From Promethearchaeia archaeon (GTDB taxonomy: Archaea > Asgardarchaeota > Lokiarchaeia > Sigyniarchaeales > SOKP01), in contig JAHQWJ010000148.1 in NCBI GenBank assembly GCA_029856125.1, positions 8,588 through 72,587 of the forward strand: 64,000 nucleotides of DNA, written 5' to 3'. The notes beneath the pieces are model-generated. The model saw only the letters and a program-made list of their open reading frames with translations. It was not told where the DNA came from and made no database searches. Shown one piece after another: positions 1 through 9,266 of this stretch. The translations under genes and the position numbers were made by a program. Numbering within the stretch: the first letter of the stretch is position 1; each line of letters opens with the position of its first letter.

Positions 1-704
1 ATTCGTTATTGGCGTTTTTAGCTTTACCTTTAGTTATTATTGTCAGTTATTTATATCGCTTACTTACCGTAGGTTTAATAACTCGATTTTTCTGGAAATT
101 TACTGAATATAGAAGTCCAACGAAGGATGGCGTAATTCCACGAAATATCGGTTCCAAGACCGCTAATTATTACCATATTAGATCTTTTATGCTAAAATAC
201 GGAAAAAACGCATTTATGAAAGGAGTCTTCCCATGGTTAGCTAATTTTTACTTTAATTTTGTGGGTTCTGGTATCATTAAGAAAGGCTCCACATTAGAAG
301 AATCAGTTGTTACAGATAAAAATATAAATGTTGGAAGGAATTGCTACATCGGTGTTAATTCTGCATTATCATCTCACTTTGTAGAAGGAATATTTGGCAA
401 TATCGTCTTTTTCGAAATCAAATTGGGAGAAAACACCACATTAGGAGGATTTAACAATATTGCTCCTGGATGTGAACTAAGTGATAATTCATATCTTTTA
501 CCAATAGCGGCCGCGACAAAACATAATAAAACTAAAGGGAATAATTATTACTTCGGGATGCCATTCCGACGCATATTTAAGAAGAAAATTATGGATTACT
601 TAAAAGTGAGCGAAGGGGATTTAGATCGAGCTGAGGAATTAAGAGCTAAACAAGAGAATGAAAAATTAAAAAGACAGTTAAAAGCTACAAATACTGAGAA
701 CTAA
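1..704 (+). CDS. Membrane-anchored hexapeptide-repeat (LbH) protein, paralog 1; 5' end cut by the window edge
   Basis: The frame is open to position 1. The product aligns with the C-terminal ~230 aa of the next two ORFs ('RSPTKDGVIPRNI', 'KYGKNAFMKG', hexapeptide-like 'VGRNCYIGVNSALSSHFVEGIFGNIVFFEIKLGENTTLGG'). The TTG at 9 is unlikely to be the true start. Confidence 0.6.
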   Translation, partial: SLLAFLALPLVIIVSYLYRLLTVGLITRFFWKFTEYRSPTKDGVIPRNIGSKTANYYHIRSFMLKYGKNAFMKGVFPWLANFYFNFVGSGIIKKGSTLEESVVTDKNINVGRNCYIGVNSALSSHFVEGIFGNIVFFEIKLGENTTLGGFNNIAPGCELSDNSYLLPIAAATKHNKTKGNNYYFGMPFRRIFKKKIMDYLKVSEGDLDRAEELRAKQENEKLKRQLKATNTEN

Positions 705-721
705 AAATTAAATAAAGAGGA

Positions 722-1630
722 ATGTATAAGATTTTGATTGAAGATATAAGTGATTCTGGATCGGATATTCCACGGGAATTAGTTCACTTCCAGTATCATA
801 AATACATGGCATTTTTCTTTGCTATCTATGTTGGTTCTTATTTAGTGCCAGTCATAGTTCTAATGTTTTACCTCTTCCTAATCTTAAAACCCTTGTTCTT
901 TGCAGTAGAAAGTTTTATTATTATCCTTACGAGTTTTGATTCTTTAATAGTTTTTTTAACCATTCCACTTGTGGTTATTATATTCTATTTATCTCACCTA
1001 TTTTTCTTAGGAGTGTTTACCCGAATCTTATGGAGGTACACTGAAAAGAAGAGTCCTACGAAGGACGGTATAATTCCTCGCGATATACAGTCAAAAACGG
1101 CAGATTTTTACCACTACAGAAGTTTCATGATTAAATACGGAAAGAACGCTTTCATGAAAGGATTTTTCCCTTGGTTGGTTAATTGGTTTCTTAATTTTGT
1201 GGGTGCTGGTGTTGTAGATAAAGGCACAACATTTGAAGAATCGGTACTTAACGATAGAAATATAATCGTAGGGAAAAATTGCTATATAGGTGTAAACTCC
1301 ACGCTATGTACTCACGTAGTAGAGGGGATCTTCGGAAATATTATTTACTTTAAAATTGTATTAGGGGAAAATGTCACCCTTGGCGGATTCAATCAAATTG
1401 GACCCGGGGGCGATTTAAAAGAAAATTCTTTCTTATTACCAATGGCCGCCGCAACAAAATTTAATACAACGAAGGGAGATAATTACTACTTCGGGATGCC
1501 ATTACGTCGCATATTTAAGAAGAAAATTATGAATTATTTAAAATTAAGCGAAGATGATTTATCTCGATCTGAAGAATTAAGAGTTAGACGAGAAGAAGAA
1601 AAATTAGGAAAACACAATAAAGTGAACTAA
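722..1630 (+). CDS. Membrane-anchored hexapeptide-repeat (LbH) protein, paralog 2
   Basis: 302 aa. It has an acidic N-terminus, long hydrophobic helices ('FFFAIYVGSYLVPVIVLMFYLFLIL', 'LTIPLVVIIFYLSHLFFLGVF'), a [LIV]-G-x4 run and a K/E-rich tail. AAGAGGA lies just upstream of the ATG. Confidence 0.65.
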   Translation: MYKILIEDISDSGSDIPRELVHFQYHKYMAFFFAIYVGSYLVPVIVLMFYLFLILKPLFFAVESFIIILTSFDSLIVFLTIPLVVIIFYLSHLFFLGVFTRILWRYTEKKSPTKDGIIPRDIQSKTADFYHYRSFMIKYGKNAFMKGFFPWLVNWFLNFVGAGVVDKGTTFEESVLNDRNIIVGKNCYIGVNSTLCTHVVEGIFGNIIYFKIVLGENVTLGGFNQIGPGGDLKENSFLLPMAAATKFNTTKGDNYYFGMPLRRIFKKKIMNYLKLSEDDLSRSEELRVRREEEKLGKHNKVN

Positions 1631-1668
1631 GAAAAATTTAGATAAAATAAAGAGGAATGTAGTAGATT

Positions 1669-2589
1669 TTGATTGAAGACACAAGTGATTCTGGACCTGA
1701 ACTTCGAAAGGAAATTGTTCAATTCCAATATCAGAAATATATAGCTTTCTTCTTTTTTATTTATGTAGGGTCTTATTTAGCGCCAGTCATAGCTCTAATG
1801 TTCTACCTTTTCTTAGTATTAAAACCCTTATTTTTAGAAGTAGATAACTTTATTGTTATCCTTACGAGTCTTGATTCATTAATAATTTTTTTAACAATTC
1901 CACTTGTGGTCGTTGGCTTCTATTTAACACACCTATTTTTCTTAGGAGTTTTTACAAGAATTTCATGGAAATTTACAGAGAAAAGAAGCCCATCAAAAGA
2001 TGGAATAATTCCTCGCAATATCGCTTCTAAAACCGCAGATTATTACCACTATAGAAGTTTTATGATTAAATACGGAAAGAATACTTTCATGAAAGGAATT
2101 TTTCCTTGGCTGGCAAACTGGTTTTTTAATTTTGTAGGTGCTTGTGTTATTGATAAAGGCACAACATTTGAAGAATCTGTAAGTAATGATCGAAATATTG
2201 AAGTCGGAAGAAATTGTTATATTGGAGTGAATTCGGCATTAGCATCTCATGTTGTTGAAGGTGTTTTTGGTAACATCGTCTATTTTAAAGTAAAAGCAAG
2301 AGATAATGTTACGTTTAGTGGTTTTAACGTTGTAGCTCCAGGGTGCGAGTTAAAAGATGATACTTACTTATTGCCAATGGCTGCAGCAACAAAATTTAAC
2401 ACAACTAAGGGGAATAATTTCTATTATGGTATGCCTTTTAGACGGATCTTCAAGAAGAAACTAATAGATTACCTAAAAGTAAGTGAAGATGATTTGAACA
2501 GAGCAGAAGAACTAAGAATTAAGCAAGTAAACAAGAAACTGAACAGTTCGAATAAAGAAGAAATAAAAAGTAGAGAAAAATTAAATTAA
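1669..2589 (+). CDS. Membrane-anchored hexapeptide-repeat (LbH) protein, paralog 3 (TTG start)
   Basis: 306 aa, co-linear with paralog 2. The position homologous to the paralog 2 ATG (1657) is followed by two in-frame TAG codons, so the ORF can only start at TTG 1669 or nearby. Confidence 0.6.
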   Translation: MIEDTSDSGPELRKEIVQFQYQKYIAFFFFIYVGSYLAPVIALMFYLFLVLKPLFLEVDNFIVILTSLDSLIIFLTIPLVVVGFYLTHLFFLGVFTRISWKFTEKRSPSKDGIIPRNIASKTADYYHYRSFMIKYGKNTFMKGIFPWLANWFFNFVGACVIDKGTTFEESVSNDRNIEVGRNCYIGVNSALASHVVEGVFGNIVYFKVKARDNVTFSGFNVVAPGCELKDDTYLLPMAAATKFNTTKGNNFYYGMPFRRIFKKKLIDYLKVSEDDLNRAEELRIKQVNKKLNSSNKEEIKSREKLN

Positions 2590-2607
2590 AATCATATGTG
2601 AAATAAA

Positions 2608-3522
2608 ATGACAGAAGAAGAAAAAGACAAGCAAGATATTGTTAAGGAAAATGATGAGACAGATGATGATTCAGATTTCGTTATAGACTTTACAACAAGT
2701 TCAGCAATAAATAAAGTAACTTTGAAATTTTTAGTTGTGTATATCCCAATATTTTGGTTTAGTGGTTTAGTAGTAGCAACTCTATGGTATGGATACACAG
2801 TAAGTCTAGTTCCTTGGATCATCAAATTATTATTTTTACCGTTATTATTGTTATTCTTTTCGTTTCTTTTCATATTTAGTTGCTTGTTCTTCAGTAAATT
2901 ATTCCTTATATTTATTAATCTTATTCACCTCCCTAAAGAAGGGATTTTCCGCACTGATTCGGGTAACCCTGACTTTGAGTTTTGGCGATTTAGAACTGAG
3001 ATAAAGAAGATTACTTTGTGGCTGATAAGAAATTGGCCTCTACCGTGGATTGATGTAATAGCTTTCCGCTGGTTTGGAATAAGGATGGATTTTTCAAGCC
3101 ATTTAAACGACGCATGGTGCGACGCAGAATTCATTTCTTTTGGAAAAAACGTGACTATCGGCCAAGGCGCGGCTATTATGAGCTCAATGGTTGTAGGTAA
3201 TTACCTTATCATTAAAACGATCAGATTTGATGATTATTCGCTCATAGGAGGTCAGAGCACTATCGCCCCAGGAACGCATTTTGGAGAAGATACAGTGCTC
3301 GGTGCTGTTTCTGTAACAACCCTTAATCAAGAATTAGAATCTGGATGGATCTATTCTGGAATCCCCGCAAGAAAATTAAAACCTAACAAATACGCTGAAA
3401 TGCGGAGGGATATTATTCATAAAGTAGATGTTGACGAAGAAGAAGCAGTCGAAACCGAGCACGAAGTTAATATTGACGAAGATAAAAAGCACCTAATTAA
3501 AAAAAAGAGCGAGGATGATTGA
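2608..3522 (+). CDS. Membrane-anchored hexapeptide-repeat (LbH) protein, subfamily B, paralog 4
   Basis: 304 aa. It has an acidic N-terminus, hydrophobic helices, 'LPKEGIFRTDSGNPDFEFWRFR', the hexapeptide run 'FGKNVTIGQGAAIMSSMVVGNYLIIKTIRFDDYSLIGGQSTIAPGTHFGEDTVLGAVS' and an acidic/basic tail. Confidence 0.65.
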   Translation: MTEEEKDKQDIVKENDETDDDSDFVIDFTTSSAINKVTLKFLVVYIPIFWFSGLVVATLWYGYTVSLVPWIIKLLFLPLLLLFFSFLFIFSCLFFSKLFLIFINLIHLPKEGIFRTDSGNPDFEFWRFRTEIKKITLWLIRNWPLPWIDVIAFRWFGIRMDFSSHLNDAWCDAEFISFGKNVTIGQGAAIMSSMVVGNYLIIKTIRFDDYSLIGGQSTIAPGTHFGEDTVLGAVSVTTLNQELESGWIYSGIPARKLKPNKYAEMRRDIIHKVDVDEEEAVETEHEVNIDEDKKHLIKKKSEDD

Positions 3523-4420
3523 GATGAGCGTTCCTAATTCTATGCGTATTGGTCCTTTCTGTGCCTCGGTCTTAGTTAAGAAAAAATACTTGATAGCCTA
3601 CATTTTTTTGATTTGGATAAGCATCCTTCCCGCTATTTTAGAAATTTGGTGGTACTGGCAGATGTTATGGTACGACCCTCGGCCACTCCATTTCTACGTG
3701 TTCCTGCCCCTTTATTTGATAGTAATTTATGTTACAACTGTCTTTGCAGCCATCTTTTCCGCAAAAGTTATGTTAATGATCGCGAGTATTTTCCATAAGC
3801 CTAAAGAAGGAGTATTTCTTCGAGATCCTTCTGATAGGGATTATCGTTATTGGAGCCTTAGAAACACGATAAAGAAATGGCCTACTTGGCTCGCACATAA
3901 GTTTCCATTTCCCTTCTTAGATAATATTTGCTTTAAAGTGTTTGGCGTAAAAACTAAATTTTCTAATTCCCTTTTTGAAGGCTGGGTAGATACAGAATTT
4001 ATAGAGTTCGGTAAAAATGTAGTTATTGGACAAGGTGCTATAGTTCAGTCTTCGGTTATTATAGGGAATTTTTTAATTATTAGAAAAACAGTTATCGAAG
4101 AAAATGTCAGAGTTGGAGCACACGTGATTATTATGCCAGGAACTCACATAGGAAAAAACTGTATTTTAAATACGTGGTCTTCTACGATGGTAGGACAGGA
4201 ATTAGAAGAAGGTTGGATATACAATGGAGGTCCGGCAAAAAAATTTAAGAGAAATAGGTTTTTTGAAGATATCCCAATTGAAAAACTTACTAAATCTATT
4301 GGAGACATGGGCGAATTATTAAAGAAATACGATGACCAAAGAGTCGCTAGAGTAATGAAGAAGCGGAGATCGATTAAGAGAAAAGATAAAGAAGAAAAAG
4401 ACGCGGAAGAAAAAGAATAA
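3515..4420 (+). CDS. Membrane-anchored hexapeptide-repeat (LbH) protein, subfamily B, paralog 5
   Basis: 301 aa, paralog of 2608-3522 ('KPKEGVFLRDPSDRDYRYWSLR', 'FGKNVVIGQGAIVQSSVIIGNFLII'). The ATG at 3515 overlaps the upstream stop by 8 nt. An in-frame ATG at 3524 is an alternative start. Confidence 0.65.
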   Translation: MIEMSVPNSMRIGPFCASVLVKKKYLIAYIFLIWISILPAILEIWWYWQMLWYDPRPLHFYVFLPLYLIVIYVTTVFAAIFSAKVMLMIASIFHKPKEGVFLRDPSDRDYRYWSLRNTIKKWPTWLAHKFPFPFLDNICFKVFGVKTKFSNSLFEGWVDTEFIEFGKNVVIGQGAIVQSSVIIGNFLIIRKTVIEENVRVGAHVIIMPGTHIGKNCILNTWSSTMVGQELEEGWIYNGGPAKKFKRNRFFEDIPIEKLTKSIGDMGELLKKYDDQRVARVMKKRRSIKRKDKEEKDAEEKE

Positions 4421-4422
4421 AC

Positions 4423-5211
4423 ATGAAGATCGGTTACGTACAAACTTCTCCAATTTTTGGTGAAATAACTCAAAACTTTAAACAAGTTGAAGATTTACTA
4501 GGAAATGCTAAAGGAGATTTGCTTGTTTTACCCGAACTATTCGCAATAGGATACACATTTATATCTAAAGAAGAAGCAGAATCTATGGCTGAAACTACTG
4601 AAGGAAAAACTGCCAATTTTTTAATAGGGTTAGCTAAAAAAACGGGTGCTGTGGTTGTAGGCGGATTCATAGAAAAAGATGGTAAACAAATTTATAATTC
4701 GTCTATGATAGTATCTGGTAGCGAAGTTCTTGGGACTTATCGGAAACTCCACCTTTATTACAAAGAAAAACTGTGGTTTTCTCCGGGGAACAAACCTTTA
4801 GAAATATTTGAAGTAAAAAAAACAAAGGTAGGAATCATGATTTGTTTCGATTGGTTCTTTCCTGAGACTCTCCGAAGTCTTGCTCTTCTTGGAGCAGACA
4901 TTATAGCTCACCCCGCTAACTTAGTGCTTCCGTATTGCCAAAGGGCGATGACAACTCGTTGTTTGGTAAATCGAGTTTTCGCTGTAACATGTAATAGGAT
5001 TGGAAACGAAGCAAGGGGAGAAGATAATTTTGTATTTACGGGGGGTAGTCAAATTACTTCTTATAAAGGCGAAGTTCTCTCATCCGCCCCAAAAGATAAA
5101 CCACATATTGACTTTGTTGAAATAGATGTTAAACAAGCGAGAGATAAAAACCTTAACAAATATAATAATGTATTTAGTGATAGAAGAACCGAGTTTTATT
5201 CTCTTGAATAA
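4423..5211 (+). CDS. Carbon-nitrogen hydrolase (nitrilase-superfamily amidase)
   Basis: 262 aa. Candidate Glu-Lys-Cys triad context: 'LPELF', 'YRKLHLY', 'GIMICFDWFFPE'. It starts 2 nt after the preceding stop. Confidence 0.8.
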   Translation: MKIGYVQTSPIFGEITQNFKQVEDLLGNAKGDLLVLPELFAIGYTFISKEEAESMAETTEGKTANFLIGLAKKTGAVVVGGFIEKDGKQIYNSSMIVSGSEVLGTYRKLHLYYKEKLWFSPGNKPLEIFEVKKTKVGIMICFDWFFPETLRSLALLGADIIAHPANLVLPYCQRAMTTRCLVNRVFAVTCNRIGNEARGEDNFVFTGGSQITSYKGEVLSSAPKDKPHIDFVEIDVKQARDKNLNKYNNVFSDRRTEFYSLE

Positions 5212-5227
5212 TAGATAGAGTGATGTT

Positions 5228-6235
5228 ATGAAAGCGGCTGTATTCGACGGGCAAGATATCTCCATTAAGGAAGTACCGATACCAAGACTTGAAGATTCTC
5301 AAGTTTTAATTCAAATAAAAGCGTCAGGAATATGTGGGACCGATATAGCTATAGCAAAAGGGGATTTACCAACGCCAACGCCGATCATTTTAGGTCACGA
5401 GTTTGCAGGTGAAGTTATAGAAGTCGGTAAGAAAATTAACTCAAACTGGGAAGGAAAACATGTCACATCCGAAATTAATAGCAACATCGATTTCAGCTGT
5501 TATTACTGTCAACGAAATATTTTCTCTCAATGCCTATCGCGCAAAGCCTTAGGTATAGATATTAATGGCTCCTTTGCTGAATACATAGTTGTTGAGCCAT
5601 ATATGCTTCACGAAATACCGAGAAAGATTTCTTACAAGGAAGCAACATTTATAGAACCTTTAGCAGCAGCGTATCAAACATTTGAAATGATGCCATTAGC
5701 AGATGAAGACAAAATTATCGCAATCTATGGGCTTGGAAAATTAGGTTTATTACTAGCCCAAGTGGCCTTAGTTAAAGGATTGGATGTAATAGCAGTTGAT
5801 GGTTCAGATAAAAAGCTTTCTATGGCTGAAAAGTATGGTGCAAAGCAACTAATTAACCGTTTTGAGGTAGAAAATATAAGTGATGAAATCAAAGGTTCAA
5901 CTGATAATCTTGGAGCAGATATTGTCGTAGATACTACAGGCAATCCAGAAGCTCTTATAGATATCGTTGCTTCGTGTAAAACGCGAGGTAAAATCCACAT
6001 TAAAAGTACTCATGGATTAAGAACTCCAATCAATCTTACTGATATAGTAGTTCGAGAAATCACCGTTTACAGTAGTAGATGTGGTCCATTTGATAAAGCA
6101 ATTGAGGGACTAAGCTCTGGAGATATTAAAGTTAAAAGTTTAGTCTCCAAAATGTATGACTTAGAAAAAATTAGAGAAGCATTTGCTGCTTACGATGAAG
6201 ATCCAGATTTTATAAAAGCAGTTATCATAATTTAG
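5228..6235 (+). CDS. Zn-dependent medium-chain alcohol/threonine dehydrogenase family protein
   Basis: 335 aa with 'GICGTDIAIAKGD', 'GHEFAGEV' and a Rossmann-type 'IYGLGKLGLL'. Confidence 0.8.
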   Translation: MKAAVFDGQDISIKEVPIPRLEDSQVLIQIKASGICGTDIAIAKGDLPTPTPIILGHEFAGEVIEVGKKINSNWEGKHVTSEINSNIDFSCYYCQRNIFSQCLSRKALGIDINGSFAEYIVVEPYMLHEIPRKISYKEATFIEPLAAAYQTFEMMPLADEDKIIAIYGLGKLGLLLAQVALVKGLDVIAVDGSDKKLSMAEKYGAKQLINRFEVENISDEIKGSTDNLGADIVVDTTGNPEALIDIVASCKTRGKIHIKSTHGLRTPINLTDIVVREITVYSSRCGPFDKAIEGLSSGDIKVKSLVSKMYDLEKIREAFAAYDEDPDFIKAVIII

Positions 6236-6620
6236 TAAATAATACCTGATTTTCCAAGAATCTAACAATTTTTTTACATGTTTGCATCTGGTAGTTTTTA
6301 TTAGGATAAAATACTTCTGGTCTCGGGCAGTCTTGGTCTAAAGTACAGTGTCCTTTATCAGGATCATAAATCAATGGGTAAAAACGGCACCCTTGTGGCC
6401 TCACATCATATATTGTACACAATTTAGCAGCACTATCAAAGAACACACAATATCCTTTAACATTTATTAATTGATTAAATCCTTCTTCGGTTCTTCGAAT
6501 AAAACTGGTTATTTTTAAATGTTTAGGGTTATTTTTTTTAATACGAGCAATATCCTTACTAGATAAGAGCATCTCCGTTTCAATACAGCATTTTCCACAA
6601 TCCTTACATATATTTTTCAT
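6225..6620 (-). CDS. YkgJ-like Cys-cluster (zinc/iron-chelating) protein
   Basis: 131 aa with N-terminal 'CKDCGKCC' plus later Cys residues, typical of the CxxCxxCC family. Confidence 0.55.
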   Translation of the reverse strand: MKNICKDCGKCCIETEMLLSSKDIARIKKNNPKHLKITSFIRRTEEGFNQLINVKGYCVFFDSAAKLCTIYDVRPQGCRFYPLIYDPDKGHCTLDQDCPRPEVFYPNKNYQMQTCKKIVRFLENQVLFTKL

Positions 6621-6801
6621 TTTCCTAATTCTTCTCTCTTAATTAGAACTTCTTTTACATTATAGTCAATCTAGATTGAAAATCATCATGTTTTTAAACA
6701 TAAACAGCATAATTTATAGTAAATTATTATTTTATTGAAATCCTAAGAATACTAATTATAATAGAGAGACGAGATTATTAAAATTAGATGGAGGTAATAT
6801 T

Positions 6802-7923
6802 ATGTCTATTTTAAAACAACTTATGGAGGCAACTCGACTTACCAATCCTTGGATTACTAGCTGGAAAAATGAAGGAAAAAAAGTATTAGGATATTTTTGT
6901 TCGTATATTCCTGAAGAGATTATCTACGCTGCAAATATTTTGCCGATTAGGGTAAGAGCAAGAAAGTGTACTGATACACCAATGGCGGATGCCTATTTAA
7001 GTTCTACCATGTGTAGTTATACGAGATGTTGTCTTGAGCAAGCCAATAGAAAAGAATTTGGATATCTTGATGGAATTGTTTCGTGTAATTGCTGCGACCA
7101 AGTTAGGAGACTTTACGATAATATAAGATATAAGGCCCCGTTTCCTTATCATTACATCATGGGAGTTCCCGGTAATATCAGTGAAACTACATTAGATTGG
7201 TTTAAACATGAACTCTCTAAATTTAAAGTAAGTATTGAGAAAAATTTCAATACTAGAATTACTGATGAAAAGTTAGGTGATACGATTAGATTATATAATA
7301 ATTCTCGTAAATTGCTTAAAGAGATATATGAGCTCAGAAAACATGATTCCCCTCCTATTACAGGTAGTGATGTACTAAATATCATTTCAGCAGGAATCTC
7401 TATTCCAAGAAACGAGTTCAATGCTTTATTAACACAGCAACTTGAGGAGCTTAAAAGTAAAGAGGGTATTTCCGATCATAAATCGAGAATAATGGTAATC
7501 GGTAGTATGCTTGATGAGCCGGAATATATACAAATTATTGAACATCTCGGCGGATTAGTAGTTACTGATTCTACATGTATAGGAACTCGATATTTTTGGG
7601 ATATGGTTGATGAAACTTCAAGTCCTCTTGATGCACTTGGAGAACGTTATCTATCGAAAATCTCATGTCCTCGTATGACTGGTGAACATTTGAAAAGAGC
7701 GCAATTTATGATGGATATGATTAAAGATTTTAATGTAGATGGAGTAATTTTTCAAAGAATGAAGTTTTGTGCGATATGGTGGGCTGAAATTTTCATGTTA
7801 AGGGACAAATTAAAAGAAGAAGGTATTCCATTTCTTGATTTAGAAAGAGAATATGTGTTAAGCGGTGCTGGAGCTATGAAAACTCGTGTCCAAACCTTTA
7901 TAGAAATTTTAGAAGCGAGGTGA
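6802..7923 (+). CDS. 2-hydroxyacyl-CoA dehydratase / benzoyl-CoA reductase BcrBC-family subunit (smaller subunit)
   Basis: 373 aa with 'GKKVLGYFCSYIPEEIIYAANILPIRV' and conserved Cys residues. GGAGGT precedes the ATG. Paralog of 52070-53218. Confidence 0.75.
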   Translation: MSILKQLMEATRLTNPWITSWKNEGKKVLGYFCSYIPEEIIYAANILPIRVRARKCTDTPMADAYLSSTMCSYTRCCLEQANRKEFGYLDGIVSCNCCDQVRRLYDNIRYKAPFPYHYIMGVPGNISETTLDWFKHELSKFKVSIEKNFNTRITDEKLGDTIRLYNNSRKLLKEIYELRKHDSPPITGSDVLNIISAGISIPRNEFNALLTQQLEELKSKEGISDHKSRIMVIGSMLDEPEYIQIIEHLGGLVVTDSTCIGTRYFWDMVDETSSPLDALGERYLSKISCPRMTGEHLKRAQFMMDMIKDFNVDGVIFQRMKFCAIWWAEIFMLRDKLKEEGIPFLDLEREYVLSGAGAMKTRVQTFIEILEAR

Positions 7924-7928
7924 AAAAT

Positions 7929-9248
7929 ATGGATATAGAAGTGTATAATAAATATAAAAAACTTGGAAGAGGAAATTGGGGAAAAGATCTTACTATGTGG
8001 AAAATGATGTATTTGGGATTGTTAAATCAAAATAAAGATGAAGAATTTACACCAGTTTTCGAATTATTATTTAATATCTTCCTTGACCTCCCTAAGGCAA
8101 GGAAAGAAGGAAAACTTGTTATAATGCATTCATTTAATTATGGTCCTGAATTATTTCACGCAATGAACTTAGCACCTCTCATGCAGGAATTATTTAGTGT
8201 TGGATTAGCCCCGTTACATCTAAATGAACCTTATATAGATTTTAGCAATCAAATTGGATATGGAGACAATCCAACAATCTGTAACGCTCAAAGGCCATTG
8301 ATTGGTTCATTTCTGCAAGGTGCCTCGCCAATTCCTGATTTATTATTCTTTCTTTCAACGCCTTGTAATTCTCTTGCTATGACTTATCAAGTTTTTGAAC
8401 ACATAGCAAAAATTCCTGCACATAGTATAGATGTTCCTTATTGGGCTTATGAACACAAAGATAACGAATTTTATGATGAGAATACTATTTCATATATGGT
8501 AAAGCAAGTAAAAGATTTAATACTATGGTTAGAAAAAGAAACAAAGCAGAAGTTAAATCCTGAAAATCTCCAAGAAACAATGAAAAATGTGAATCAATCA
8601 AGGGAATATATATTAGAGTTTAACGAACTTTTAAAAACTGTTCCTTGCCCAGTGCCGAGCCGAGCAGGTTTTGGAAACTTTCTTTCCATGGTGACTCGTG
8701 GCGGCACTGATGATGCTGTTAAAGCTACCAAATGGTTACGTGATTCTGCTTTAGAGAATGTTAGGAATGGGATAGGAGGTGTACCTGATGAGAAGATTAG
8801 AATTGCTTGGCCTTATACTCATGTCTTCTTTGATGCTGACCTTCTCATTTGGTTAGAAGAAACATTCAATGCAGTGGTGATTATGGATATACTTGGATAC
8901 TACCAAGTCCTACCTCACGATATATCTACACTCGAAAAATGTTATGAGAATTTAGCTAAGGGAACATTAGATTTCTCAATGGTAGGAACGTGTCGTGGCC
9001 CAATTGAGTTTTATATCGAATTTTTATTAAATTATGTAAAAGAATATAAAATAGATTGTGTGATTATGCCAATGCAATTTGCGTGTAAACATGCATATGC
9101 AATAGCTCGAGTTGCTTCTGAAGCTGTGCGAGAACAAACAGGAATTCCGACTTTAATTTTTGGTTGTGATCCGTACGATTCACGAGAAGTAACTTCAGAT
9201 GCTATAAGAGAAAGGATTTCAGAATTTCTGACTCAAGTAGTTTTATAA
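7929..9248 (+). CDS. 2-hydroxyacyl-CoA dehydratase family subunit (larger subunit)
   Basis: About 440 aa, paralog of 50734-52023. The ORF track starts at GTG 7920, but ATG 7929 has GAGGTG about 5 nt upstream. Confidence 0.7.
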   Translation: MDIEVYNKYKKLGRGNWGKDLTMWKMMYLGLLNQNKDEEFTPVFELLFNIFLDLPKARKEGKLVIMHSFNYGPELFHAMNLAPLMQELFSVGLAPLHLNEPYIDFSNQIGYGDNPTICNAQRPLIGSFLQGASPIPDLLFFLSTPCNSLAMTYQVFEHIAKIPAHSIDVPYWAYEHKDNEFYDENTISYMVKQVKDLILWLEKETKQKLNPENLQETMKNVNQSREYILEFNELLKTVPCPVPSRAGFGNFLSMVTRGGTDDAVKATKWLRDSALENVRNGIGGVPDEKIRIAWPYTHVFFDADLLIWLEETFNAVVIMDILGYYQVLPHDISTLEKCYENLAKGTLDFSMVGTCRGPIEFYIEFLLNYVKEYKIDCVIMPMQFACKHAYAIARVASEAVREQTGIPTLIFGCDPYDSREVTSDAIRERISEFLTQVVL

Positions 9249-9266
9249 AAGAGGTTTATTATAGAA

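Noticed and set aside
2592-4485. Minus-strand ORFs (93, 69 and 113 aa) and a nested plus-strand ORF (3613-3798) within the LbH array
   Set aside because: All are embedded in sense genes supported by five-fold paralogy, and their translations are low-complexity.
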